Shown here one piece after another: positions 56,503 through 64,000 of a DNA stretch of 64,000 nucleotides. A program made the translations under genes and the position numbers. The stretch spans positions 22,945 to 86,944 of the forward strand of contig CAMTUP010000011.1 in the NCBI GenBank assembly GCA_947084945.1, in the 5' to 3' direction. Source of the stretch: an uncultured Ignavibacteria bacterium. GTDB lineage: Bacteria > Bacteroidota > Ignavibacteria > Tepidaquicellales > OLB5. Each line of letters begins with the position of its first letter. The stretch's first letter is position 1. Under the pieces are notes generated by a model, which saw only the letters and a program-made list of their open reading frames with translations, had not been told where the DNA came from and searched no databases.

Positions 56503-58536
56503 ATGAATAGAATTATTATCATAATATACGCCCTGATATTACTTTCAATTAATTGTTTTTCGCAATGGGAACAGACATCTTCCGGAATGAACGGTGGTGT
56601 TGTTTTTTCGATGGCCGTAAAAGATAATATAATTTTTGCAGGCTGCAGCAATATAATTGATCTCAGACCATCAAGAATTTTTCGTTCAACTGATAATGGT
56701 AACAGCTGGAAATTTTCTGTTGCAGGAAGAACTGATGTAAATTGTATGGCGGTAAAAGATAATATGATTTTTGCAGGGACTAATTACGATGGTTTGTATT
56801 ATTCGACTAATAACGGAATTAACTGGTTAAAGAACTCTTTTGATTATGAAGGAGTATCAGCAATTACTGTAGTCGGAAATAATATATTGGTATCATCCAA
56901 CGGGATATTTTCTTCGAGCGATAACGGAAACACATGGGTTAATATCAGTGCTTTTACAGCAAGAATTTTAATAACAGATAATAACAAAGTTTATGCGGGT
57001 TCAGGTATGGGTGGCGTATATAGTTCACTGGATAGCGGAAGGAACTGGACTCAGATTCTTACGATAAACCATCCGGTAGAGGGGTTGGATTTTAAGGACA
57101 ATTATGTATATGCAGGAAGTTATGCGGGTATTTATCGATCTACAAACAGAGGAGCCAATTGGGTTTTTTCGGGTATTGGATGGACATTAATTCCTTCGTT
57201 AATAGCAAAAGATAATCTTATATTAACCGGTACGGGCGGTTTTGGAATCTGGCGATCTACCAATTACGGCTTAACTTACACCCAGTCCAACATAATAAAT
57301 GGCAGTGCATATGCGTTTATTCTAAAAGATAATAATATTTTTGCCGGTATAACCGGTGATGGTGTTTTCATTTCTACCAACGATGGAGTAACCTGGCAAC
57401 AAACAGAATTGCATAATGTAAGTACACTTTCCCTTTTGAGAACGGGTAATGACCTTTTTGCGGGCGTTGCTGATAACGGCATTTATTATTCTTCCAATAA
57501 CGGTTTAAACTGGGCTTATCGGGACCTTACTTATTTTGACGTTTCTGATTTCTTAGTTAACGAAAACACCCTTTTTTCCGCAACACTGGACAATGGCTTG
57601 TATATTTCATCTAATAGCGGAATAAACTGGATAAGGAATAATTTACCTGCCAATGAAGTTTATTTTATTGATAAATACGAAAATGAATTGTATGCCGGAA
57701 CAGGTTTACGTGGAATTTATCGCTCAACAAACAACGGGAATAACTGGCAAAATATCGGACTCAATTTCTATACAGTTCGTTCTTTTGCAAAACTCAATGG
57801 CATCTTATTTGCTGGTGCGGATAATAATTATCCCGGCTATATAGGTATTAAATACTCAACTAATTCCGGAAGAAGTTGGCAGAGTTCGGTTTTTGGAGGA
57901 AGCAGAGTATTAACGCTATTATCTTCTAATAATTCGTTGTTTGCCGGAACTGAAAGTGCAGGTATTTTCAAAACAACAGATAACGGCTTAAGCTGGTCAA
58001 GTCTCAGTATAGGAAATACAGACGTAAACTGTATATTGGATATAAATAATTACTTAATTTGCGGGACCGGAAGAGGTGTATATTATTCAAGTAATTCTGG
58101 GAATAACTGGGTTTATTTGAACAGCGGGCTTGACAGTCAAAGAGTTTATTCCTTAATGATCTCGGGTGATTATTTATTTGCAGGGACAGAAGCTAACGCT
58201 GTTTGGAAACTGGATGTTTCTCAAATTATCGGAATAAACAACATTACAGGTACAACACCTTTATATTATAAGCTGTATCAAAACCATCCAAACCCGTTTA
58301 ACCCGGTAACAAAAATTACATTTGATATTCCGGGTAACATCAATAGTAGCGAAACAGTATATTTAAAGATCTTTGACGTATCGGGAAAATTAATTGAAAC
58401 TGTATTAAATCAAAATCTAAGTCCAGGTACTTATTCGATAATTTTTGATGGCAGTAATCTGGCAAGCGGTGTGTATTTTTATTCAATGAAAACTGGTAAT
58501 TATTTTGAGTCGAGAAAAATGGTTTTGGTTAAATAG
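56503..58536 (+). CDS. T9SS type A sorting-domain protein with BNR/Asp-box repeats (YCF48-like propeller)
   Basis: Signal peptide, about 13 S-T/S-N/D-x-G-x-x-W repeats with F(A)GT...G, CTD LYQNHPNPFNPVT...RKMVLVK. Confidence 0.9.
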   Translation: MNRIIIIIYALILLSINCFSQWEQTSSGMNGGVVFSMAVKDNIIFAGCSNIIDLRPSRIFRSTDNGNSWKFSVAGRTDVNCMAVKDNMIFAGTNYDGLYYSTNNGINWLKNSFDYEGVSAITVVGNNILVSSNGIFSSSDNGNTWVNISAFTARILITDNNKVYAGSGMGGVYSSLDSGRNWTQILTINHPVEGLDFKDNYVYAGSYAGIYRSTNRGANWVFSGIGWTLIPSLIAKDNLILTGTGGFGIWRSTNYGLTYTQSNIINGSAYAFILKDNNIFAGITGDGVFISTNDGVTWQQTELHNVSTLSLLRTGNDLFAGVADNGIYYSSNNGLNWAYRDLTYFDVSDFLVNENTLFSATLDNGLYISSNSGINWIRNNLPANEVYFIDKYENELYAGTGLRGIYRSTNNGNNWQNIGLNFYTVRSFAKLNGILFAGADNNYPGYIGIKYSTNSGRSWQSSVFGGSRVLTLLSSNNSLFAGTESAGIFKTTDNGLSWSSLSIGNTDVNCILDINNYLICGTGRGVYYSSNSGNNWVYLNSGLDSQRVYSLMISGDYLFAGTEANAVWKLDVSQIIGINNITGTTPLYYKLYQNHPNPFNPVTKITFDIPGNINSSETVYLKIFDVSGKLIETVLNQNLSPGTYSIIFDGSNLASGVYFYSMKTGNYFESRKMVLVK

Positions 58537-59152
58537 TGTCATTTGTCCCCTCAAAAAGTCATTTTAAAATATTAAAACCGCTTATAAAGTCAATCTTGTG
58601 TCATGTGCCAGTCTGAGCCTGCATACTCTATAGTATAATACCAAAAATACATAAATGCTTTAAACACACATAAAACAAACACTCCCGAGAACTCGTCCAA
58701 AAGACTCCTATGGAGGAACTAAGATAATGAGGTTATTATGCCAAAGGCATCCCTTTGGGATACTTTATAGGTTTAAAGTATAATACAAAATAATATATTA
58801 TACTTTTAGCTTGTAAAGTATAATATGGATTATTGAAAATCAATGTTTCGTTTAGGGTATATTATCAGATGTTTTTATGAGTGGAAGATTATTGGGCACT
58901 ATAGGGTGAAGTAGTGAAATGGTGAGATTGTAAGAGCAGGCGGAATAATTGCGATTCCGAAACACGAAGAGGATAAAAAGAGCCGAAGCATAGCAGGCAT
59001 TAAAAATATCAATCAGTAAATAACAAGAATAGAATAAACAAATATTAGGAATTTTATCATAAAGAACATTATTTAAAACAATTATTAACAATAGTTTAAC
59101 AATGTTTCATTTTCCCCTTATTATATAAGTAATATGGCAACAATCCCCTACC

Positions 59153-59183
59153 TTGCATACTTCCTAAAAAACTCCTATATTTG
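59153..59183 (+). promoter_or_regulatory. Primary-sigma promoter of the nusA-infB operon (-33 TTG / -7 TATATTTG)
   Basis: TTG at 59153-55, 20-nt spacer, TATATTTG at 59176-83; matches the Bacteroidota TTTG/TAnnTTTG consensus. Confidence 0.65.
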
Positions 59184-59212
59184 TGTGATAATTAATGTTT
59201 ATGAATGGTAAT

Positions 59213-59235
59213 GGCGCTCTAAAAGCGTCTTTTTT
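59213..59235 (+). terminator. Leader terminator/attenuator upstream of nusA (rimP-leader-like)
   Basis: Stem GGCGCT/AGCGTC (one G-U), 5-nt loop, six T, about 30 nt downstream of the promoter. Confidence 0.5.
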
Positions 59236-59292
59236 ATTCTATAGACCCTACCTAAAAGAATTAAAAGATTAATTATTGAAGGATTTTAGAAT

Positions 59293-59338
59293 GAGATCCT
59301 TCACTCAACCCCGCTGGAGCGGGTTTTCGTTCAGGATT
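59293..59338. repeat. REP-like element GAGATCCTTCACTC-[hairpin]-CGTTCAGGAT
   Basis: Outer ATCCT/AGGAT arms with an internal AACCCCGCTGGAGCGGGTT hairpin; ends resemble the AGATTCC...GGAATGAC family. Confidence 0.5.
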
Positions 59339-59372
59339 AATAATTTAATATAATATATATGAGGCTTAGCAA

Positions 59373-60665
59373 ATGAAATCTGAGATAGTTGATTCCTTTT
59401 CACAAATGGTGAAGGATAAAAAAATTGATAGAGATCTTCTTGAAAGTATAATCAAGGAAGTCTTTGGGATGATGATAAAGAAAAAATTCGGGCAGATTGC
59501 AAACTTTGATGTAATTGTGAATATGGATAAAGGCGATATTGAAATGTACCTTATAAAAGCTGTAGTCGAAGAAGTTACAGTTCCCGAAACAGAAATTACG
59601 CTTACAGAAGCTCGTGAGCGATCAGGTGAAGAGCTTGATATTGGCGATGATTTTACAGAAGTGCTTGATTACGTTTCATTCGGAAGAAGGCACATTGTAA
59701 ACTTAAAACAGAACCTGAACCAGAAGATACGCGAAGTTGAAAAAGAAATTATATATAACGATTACAAGGATATTCTTGGCGAAATTATTGTCGGTGAAAT
59801 TTACCAGATAAAACCTCACAGTATCCTGCTTATTCATAACAGCAACGAGATACAGTTTCCAAAAGGCGAGCAGATACCAAAGGAAAGATACAAGAAGGGC
59901 GAATCATTAAGAGTATATGTTAAGGAAGTATCAAAGAAAGCATCGGGACCGCCCTCGATAATAGTTTCACGCGCAGCGGATGATTTCCTGAAAAAATTAT
60001 TTGAGCTTGAAATTCCCGAAATATATGACGGAGTAATTGAAATAAAAGGCATTGCCCGCGAGCCCGGGGAGAGAGCCAAGGTTGCGGTTTATTCATACGA
60101 TGATAGAATAGATGCCGTTGGTGCATGCGTTGGAATGAAGGGAATCAGGATACACTCAATAGTACGCGAGCTTGCCAACGAAAATATTGATGTAATAAAT
60201 TTCAGCGAAGATATAGGTTTATATATAGCAAGAGCGCTGGCTCCGGCAAAGCTGAAAGATATATATCTTGATAAAGCAAATAAGGTAGCAAAGATAGTAG
60301 CAGATGAAGACCAGATATCGCTTGTTATTGGAAAGAATGGTCAGAACATAAAACTTGCAAGTAAACTTACCGATTATGAAATTGATGTTGAGCGTAATAG
60401 CGGCAGACCGAAAGATATCGAAGAAGCCTTAGAGCGCGAGCTTAGCAGGGAATCAGAAGAAGAAGAAGAAGATGAAGAATTGAACGAGGCGGAAGATTCA
60501 GCCGAGAATGAAGATGAAAATATTCCAAAGCTACCAAAAGATATGTCAGATAAAGATGATGATAGTGACGAAGAAGAAAATGATGATGGGGATGAAGATG
60601 ATGAAGAGGAAAATGATGATAAAGAATCAAACGATAAAGAAGTAGCCGAAGAAGATAAGAAGTAA
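59373..60665 (+). CDS. nusA: Transcription termination/antitermination factor NusA with acidic C-terminal tail
   Basis: FGR, S1 domain, LFELEIPEIYDG, REPGERAKVAV, DAVGACVGMKG.RI, IGKNGQNIKLASKLT. Confidence 0.98.
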   Translation: MKSEIVDSFSQMVKDKKIDRDLLESIIKEVFGMMIKKKFGQIANFDVIVNMDKGDIEMYLIKAVVEEVTVPETEITLTEARERSGEELDIGDDFTEVLDYVSFGRRHIVNLKQNLNQKIREVEKEIIYNDYKDILGEIIVGEIYQIKPHSILLIHNSNEIQFPKGEQIPKERYKKGESLRVYVKEVSKKASGPPSIIVSRAADDFLKKLFELEIPEIYDGVIEIKGIAREPGERAKVAVYSYDDRIDAVGACVGMKGIRIHSIVRELANENIDVINFSEDIGLYIARALAPAKLKDIYLDKANKVAKIVADEDQISLVIGKNGQNIKLASKLTDYEIDVERNSGRPKDIEEALERELSRESEEEEEDEELNEAEDSAENEDENIPKLPKDMSDKDDDSDEEENDDGDEDDEEENDDKESNDKEVAEEDKK

Positions 60666-60756
60666 GATAAGTTAAATGTTCGAAAATTAAGAAGTTCGTA
60701 AGTAAAAGAGCGTTATATAAGAGAAGCATTTTAATAAAGAAGGTAAAAAAAATTTA

Positions 60757-63700
60757 ATGCCCGAAACAACAAACAAAGGTTCAAAAGGAATACAGATATC
60801 AAAGATTGCCAAGGAAGTAAACAGGCAATCAGGCGAAATACTTGAATACCTAAAGCGAATAGGTGTTGAAGTAGGCGGTGTTATGTCCAAAGTTGATGAT
60901 AATGTTTACCATAAAGTTTTAGGGCATTTTAAAAGCGATCTCGAAGAGGCTGAAAAGCATAAACAGAAGCTCGTCGAGTTTAAGAGGAAACATAAAGGCA
61001 TTGAAATAGCCGAAATAGAGGACGAGCTTAAGAAGGAAAGAGAAAAGAAGCTTAAGGAAGAAGAAGAAAAGCAACAGAAAAAAGCAGAAGAAGATAAAGT
61101 TAAACTTGATAGAGAGTCCCGGTTTCAGAAAGACCTAGATGAAAAACGCAGACTGATAAAAGAAAAGGAAGAGGAGCTTGAAAACGAGAAGATAAAAGAG
61201 GACAAAGATAAGAAAAAACAAGAGATAGAAGCATTAAAACCCAAGCCGGAAGTTAAACCTGAAGTCAGGAAAGAAGATAAAATTTCCGTAGAGAAAAAAC
61301 CCGTTATCGAAAAGAAACCTGTTAGCGATAAAAAGCCGGAATATAAAGACCCGGGTCCAAAACCTCCTGTAATACATAAGACGGGTGATTTTAAACCTAA
61401 AAGACCCGATGACAAAAGACCTGGATTTAAAGGCAAAGATGGGTTTAAGCCAAAAGAAGGTTTTAAACCAAAAGAGGGTTTTAAACCAAAAGAGGGATTC
61501 AAACCAAAAGAAGGATTTAAAGGCAAAGAAGGTTTCAAGCCTAAAGATTCACAAGGCACCGGGACTGTACCAAAGAAACCGGGTGTTGGATATCAAGGCA
61601 GAAAAACCGGAGGAACATTTGAGCGAGTTACCATTAAAGATGATTTCCGAAAGAATAAAAAACCTATTCCCGGACAGAAACCATTCTTTAAAAAACCGTT
61701 TACTTCACGTGAAGATGAAAAGAAAAAGGACGATAAAGGACAGGTAAAGCCGGCAGCCGAAAGTGCAGATTCACTTGCCAAGAAACGTGATTTTGATAAG
61801 AATTTAAAATCAAAAAAACAGAAATATCAAGATGGTGCAGAAGCTAAAAAGAAGAAAAAATTAGCAGATGAAGAGGTAACAGCAGAGATTGAAGAAGCTA
61901 TTCGTGAAACCATGGCTAAGATGGATGAATCAGGTGCATCAACAGCGCGCCAGCAATTAAGAAAAAGGAAAAAGAAAGAACGCTTAGAGCAGGAACTTAA
62001 AGAAGCCGAAGAGACACTTGCCAGGGCTAATATTATACAGGTAACCGAGTTTATTTCCACTTCAGAACTTGCTGTTATGATGGAAACAGAAGTGAACCTG
62101 CTTATACAAAAATGCTTTGAGCTGGGAATGATGATTACCATAAACCAAAGGCTTGATAAAGATCTGATAACTTTGCTTGCTGATGAATTTGGATATAAGA
62201 TCGAGTTCCAGAAAGAATATGCAGTAGATGCACTAACAGATATTGAAGATGATGAAGCAAAACTTGTTCAAAGGCCGCCTGTGGTTACCATTATGGGTCA
62301 TGTTGATCATGGTAAAACATCGCTGCTTGATTATATTCGCAAAGCAAGTGTAGTTGCAGGTGAAGCAGGCGGGATAACGCAGCATATAGGCGCTTACCAG
62401 GTTAAGCTTGAAGATGGAAGATTTATAACTTTTCTCGATACACCGGGTCACGAAGCTTTTACAGCTATGAGAGCAAGGGGAGCGCAGATAACCGATATAG
62501 TTGTTCTTGTAGTTGCAGCTGATGACAGTGTAATGCCTCAGACCATAGAAGCTATCAATCATGCACTTGCTGCAAATGTGCCGATAGTTGTGGCTATAAA
62601 TAAAATAGATAAACAAGGCGCTGACCCTACTAAGATCAAGACACAACTTTCAGAAAAAGGTGTGCTTGTTGAAGAGTATGGCGGCAAATATCAGTCAGTT
62701 GAAATTTCTGCAAAAGCGGGAACCAACATTGACCAGTTGCTTGAAAAAATACTTGTTGAAGCAGAAGTGCTTGACCTGAAGGCTAACCCTGATAGAAATG
62801 CAAGGGGAGCTATTGTTGAAGCTAAGCTTGATAAGGGCAAAGGCGTTTCTGCAACAGTACTTGTTCAAAAAGGAACACTTAAGATAGGTGATTCATTTGT
62901 AGCTGGAAATTTCAATGGCAAAGTAAAGGCAATGTTTGATGAGCGCGGACATAAAGTTGATTCAGTAAAGCCTTCAACACCTGTTCAGGTTATAGGATTT
63001 GATGGTATGCCGCAGGCAGGAGATGTGCTTGTATCAATGGATACCGAAAGAGAAGTTAGGGATATTGCACTTAAAAGACAGCAGCTAAAACGTGAGCAGG
63101 ATTTCCGTCAAGTAAGGTTTATTACACTTGACGATATTTCCAAACAGATCAAAGAAGGCAAACAGGTTGATCTTAACATTATTATTAAAGGTGATGTTGA
63201 TGGCTCTGTTGAAGCGCTATCGGACTCTTTGCTTAAACTAGGAACAAGCGAAGTGAAGGTTAGCATAATTCATAAAGCAATAGGAGAAATTACAGAATAC
63301 GACGTGCTTCTTGCAGCGGCATCAAGTGCTATTATAGTAGGTTTTAATGTCAGACCTAATCTTAAAGCTCGCAAGCTCTCAGAAATTGAAAATGTTGATA
63401 TAAGGCTTCATAAAATTATTTATGATGTTATAAACGAAATTAGACTTGCTCTGGAAGGTCTGCTTGAACCCGAAAAAACAGAAGAAGTTCTTGCTACAGT
63501 TGAAGTACGTGAGATATTTAAAGTGCCCAAGATTGGAACAGTTGCGGGATGTTATGTATTAGATGGCAAGGTTGTTAGGAATAATAAAGTTAGATTGCAA
63601 AGAGATGGTTTTGTTGTGTTTGATGGACACATAAACGCTTTGAAGAGATTCAAAGATGATGTAAGAGAAGTTGAACAGGGATTTGAGTGCGGCATAAGCC

Positions 63701-63789
63701 TTGAGAACTATAACGATATCAAAGTTAAAGATATAATTGAATTATATACAATTGTTGAAACCAAAAGGAAGCTGGAAGAGAAGAAGTAA
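60757..63789 (+). CDS. infB: Translation initiation factor IF-2
   Basis: RPPVVTIMGHVDHGKT, AGGITQHIGAY, FLDTPGHEAF, NKID, GDVDGSVEAL, LKRFKDD, GFECG. Confidence 0.99.
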   Translation: MPETTNKGSKGIQISKIAKEVNRQSGEILEYLKRIGVEVGGVMSKVDDNVYHKVLGHFKSDLEEAEKHKQKLVEFKRKHKGIEIAEIEDELKKEREKKLKEEEEKQQKKAEEDKVKLDRESRFQKDLDEKRRLIKEKEEELENEKIKEDKDKKKQEIEALKPKPEVKPEVRKEDKISVEKKPVIEKKPVSDKKPEYKDPGPKPPVIHKTGDFKPKRPDDKRPGFKGKDGFKPKEGFKPKEGFKPKEGFKPKEGFKGKEGFKPKDSQGTGTVPKKPGVGYQGRKTGGTFERVTIKDDFRKNKKPIPGQKPFFKKPFTSREDEKKKDDKGQVKPAAESADSLAKKRDFDKNLKSKKQKYQDGAEAKKKKKLADEEVTAEIEEAIRETMAKMDESGASTARQQLRKRKKKERLEQELKEAEETLARANIIQVTEFISTSELAVMMETEVNLLIQKCFELGMMITINQRLDKDLITLLADEFGYKIEFQKEYAVDALTDIEDDEAKLVQRPPVVTIMGHVDHGKTSLLDYIRKASVVAGEAGGITQHIGAYQVKLEDGRFITFLDTPGHEAFTAMRARGAQITDIVVLVVAADDSVMPQTIEAINHALAANVPIVVAINKIDKQGADPTKIKTQLSEKGVLVEEYGGKYQSVEISAKAGTNIDQLLEKILVEAEVLDLKANPDRNARGAIVEAKLDKGKGVSATVLVQKGTLKIGDSFVAGNFNGKVKAMFDERGHKVDSVKPSTPVQVIGFDGMPQAGDVLVSMDTEREVRDIALKRQQLKREQDFRQVRFITLDDISKQIKEGKQVDLNIIIKGDVDGSVEALSDSLLKLGTSEVKVSIIHKAIGEITEYDVLLAAASSAIIVGFNVRPNLKARKLSEIENVDIRLHKIIYDVINEIRLALEGLLEPEKTEEVLATVEVREIFKVPKIGTVAGCYVLDGKVVRNNKVRLQRDGFVVFDGHINALKRFKDDVREVEQGFECGISLENYNDIKVKDIIELYTIVETKRKLEEKK
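61423..61548 (+). repeat. 7 x 18-bp in-frame repeat encoding GFK(P/G)K(E/D) in the IF-2 N-terminal region
   Basis: GFKGKD GFKPKE GFKPKE GFKPKE GFKPKE GFKGKE GFKPKD with synonymous variation between units. Confidence 0.9.
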
Positions 63790-63853
63790 GTATAAGGTTT
63801 CGGGTTGAAAGTAAAAGGTTACAGGTTTAAGAATTACAAAAGTTATTTAACAG

Positions 63854-64000
63854 ATGACAGCAAAAGAAGATATAATAGAAGTAAAATCAGCGTTATATAT
63901 AAAAGATTATCAAACAAGATTACTTTTTAATGACGGGAAAAGCAGGGTAATTGATTTCGGAAACTTTCTGAAAAACTCTCTTAACCCAATGACCAGAAAG
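63854..64000 (+). CDS. DUF2442-like protein, truncated by the window end
   Basis: Translated by hand: MTAKEDIIEVKSALYIKDYQTRLLFNDGKSRVIDFGNFLKNSLNPMTRK; the EV..A.Y..DY...L.FNDG....DF pattern is typical of DUF2442. Confidence 0.65.
   Translation, partial: MTAKEDIIEVKSALYIKDYQTRLLFNDGKSRVIDFGNFLKNSLNPMTRK

Noticed and set aside
58933-58990. GAGCAGGCGGAATAATTGCG...GAGGA superficially like the RNase P RNA 5' end
   Set aside because: Lacks the invariant GAGGAAAGUCC and the downstream P4 partner.
58852-59091. 79-aa minus-strand ORF in the gap before nusA
   Set aside because: Non-ATG start, no motif, composition typical of random AT-rich sequence; other frames are interrupted by stops.
59195-59272. 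25-codon ORF (MFMNGNGALKASFLFYRPYLKELKD) in the nusA leader as a leader peptide or rimP remnant
   Set aside because: No similarity to RimP and no regulatory codon run; it overlaps the terminator hairpin, which explains the sequence more simply.
61423-61548. Regularly spaced 18-bp repeats as a possible CRISPR array
   Set aside because: In-frame coding repeats inside infB with no spacers and no cas genes.
837-62646. Numerous short ORF-track entries antisense to or overlapping long genes (e.g. 5027-5686, 30595-31155, 39757-40146, 61125-61559, 62233-62646)
   Set aside because: They are shadows of well-supported genes on the other strand or frame, with no recognisable motifs.

Overview
AT-rich bacterial chromosomal window, most consistent with an Ignavibacteria/FCB-group organism. 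This is inferred from two C-terminal QN(Y/H)PNPFNP T9SS-type sorting domains, TAnnTTTG promoter boxes and a mitochondrial-type aconitase. Layout: (1) 1-12 kb housekeeping and DNA metabolism (comF, rnhB, yraN, 3'-5' exonuclease, aconitase, xth), with a hicB-hicA pair wedged between rnhB and yraN and a MTase-REase-MTase restriction-modification cassette. (2) 12.4-41 kb cell-surface glycan locus: many GT2/GT4/GT9 enzymes, SDRs, a DegT aminotransferase, four GT-C-like membrane proteins and two tandem O-antigen-ligase-like paralogs, with no recognisable Wzx/Wzm-Wzt/GtrA. It is interrupted by a pentameric ligand-gated ion channel gene and an unannotated 27-codon lipoprotein-like ORF. (3) 42-50 kb candidate undescribed module: a helical wHTH/TPR-like protein divergent from a small RHH-like gene, an intervening nested inverted repeat, a T9SS beta-propeller, a 950-aa secreted protein with a thioester-domain-like N-terminus and a metzincin C-terminus, and a LolA/DUF4412-like partner. 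(4) 50-58.5 kb NnrS-like/DoxX/beta-barrel/cysteine synthase/SPFH/DUF1287/T9SS genes. (5) nusA-infB, without rimP or an adjacent rbfA, preceded by a terminator-like leader. Intergenic spaces contain several REP/MITE/short-tandem-repeat families. No rRNA, tRNA, CRISPR array or intact transposase was recognised. All family assignments come from motif recognition by eye; no database search was run.
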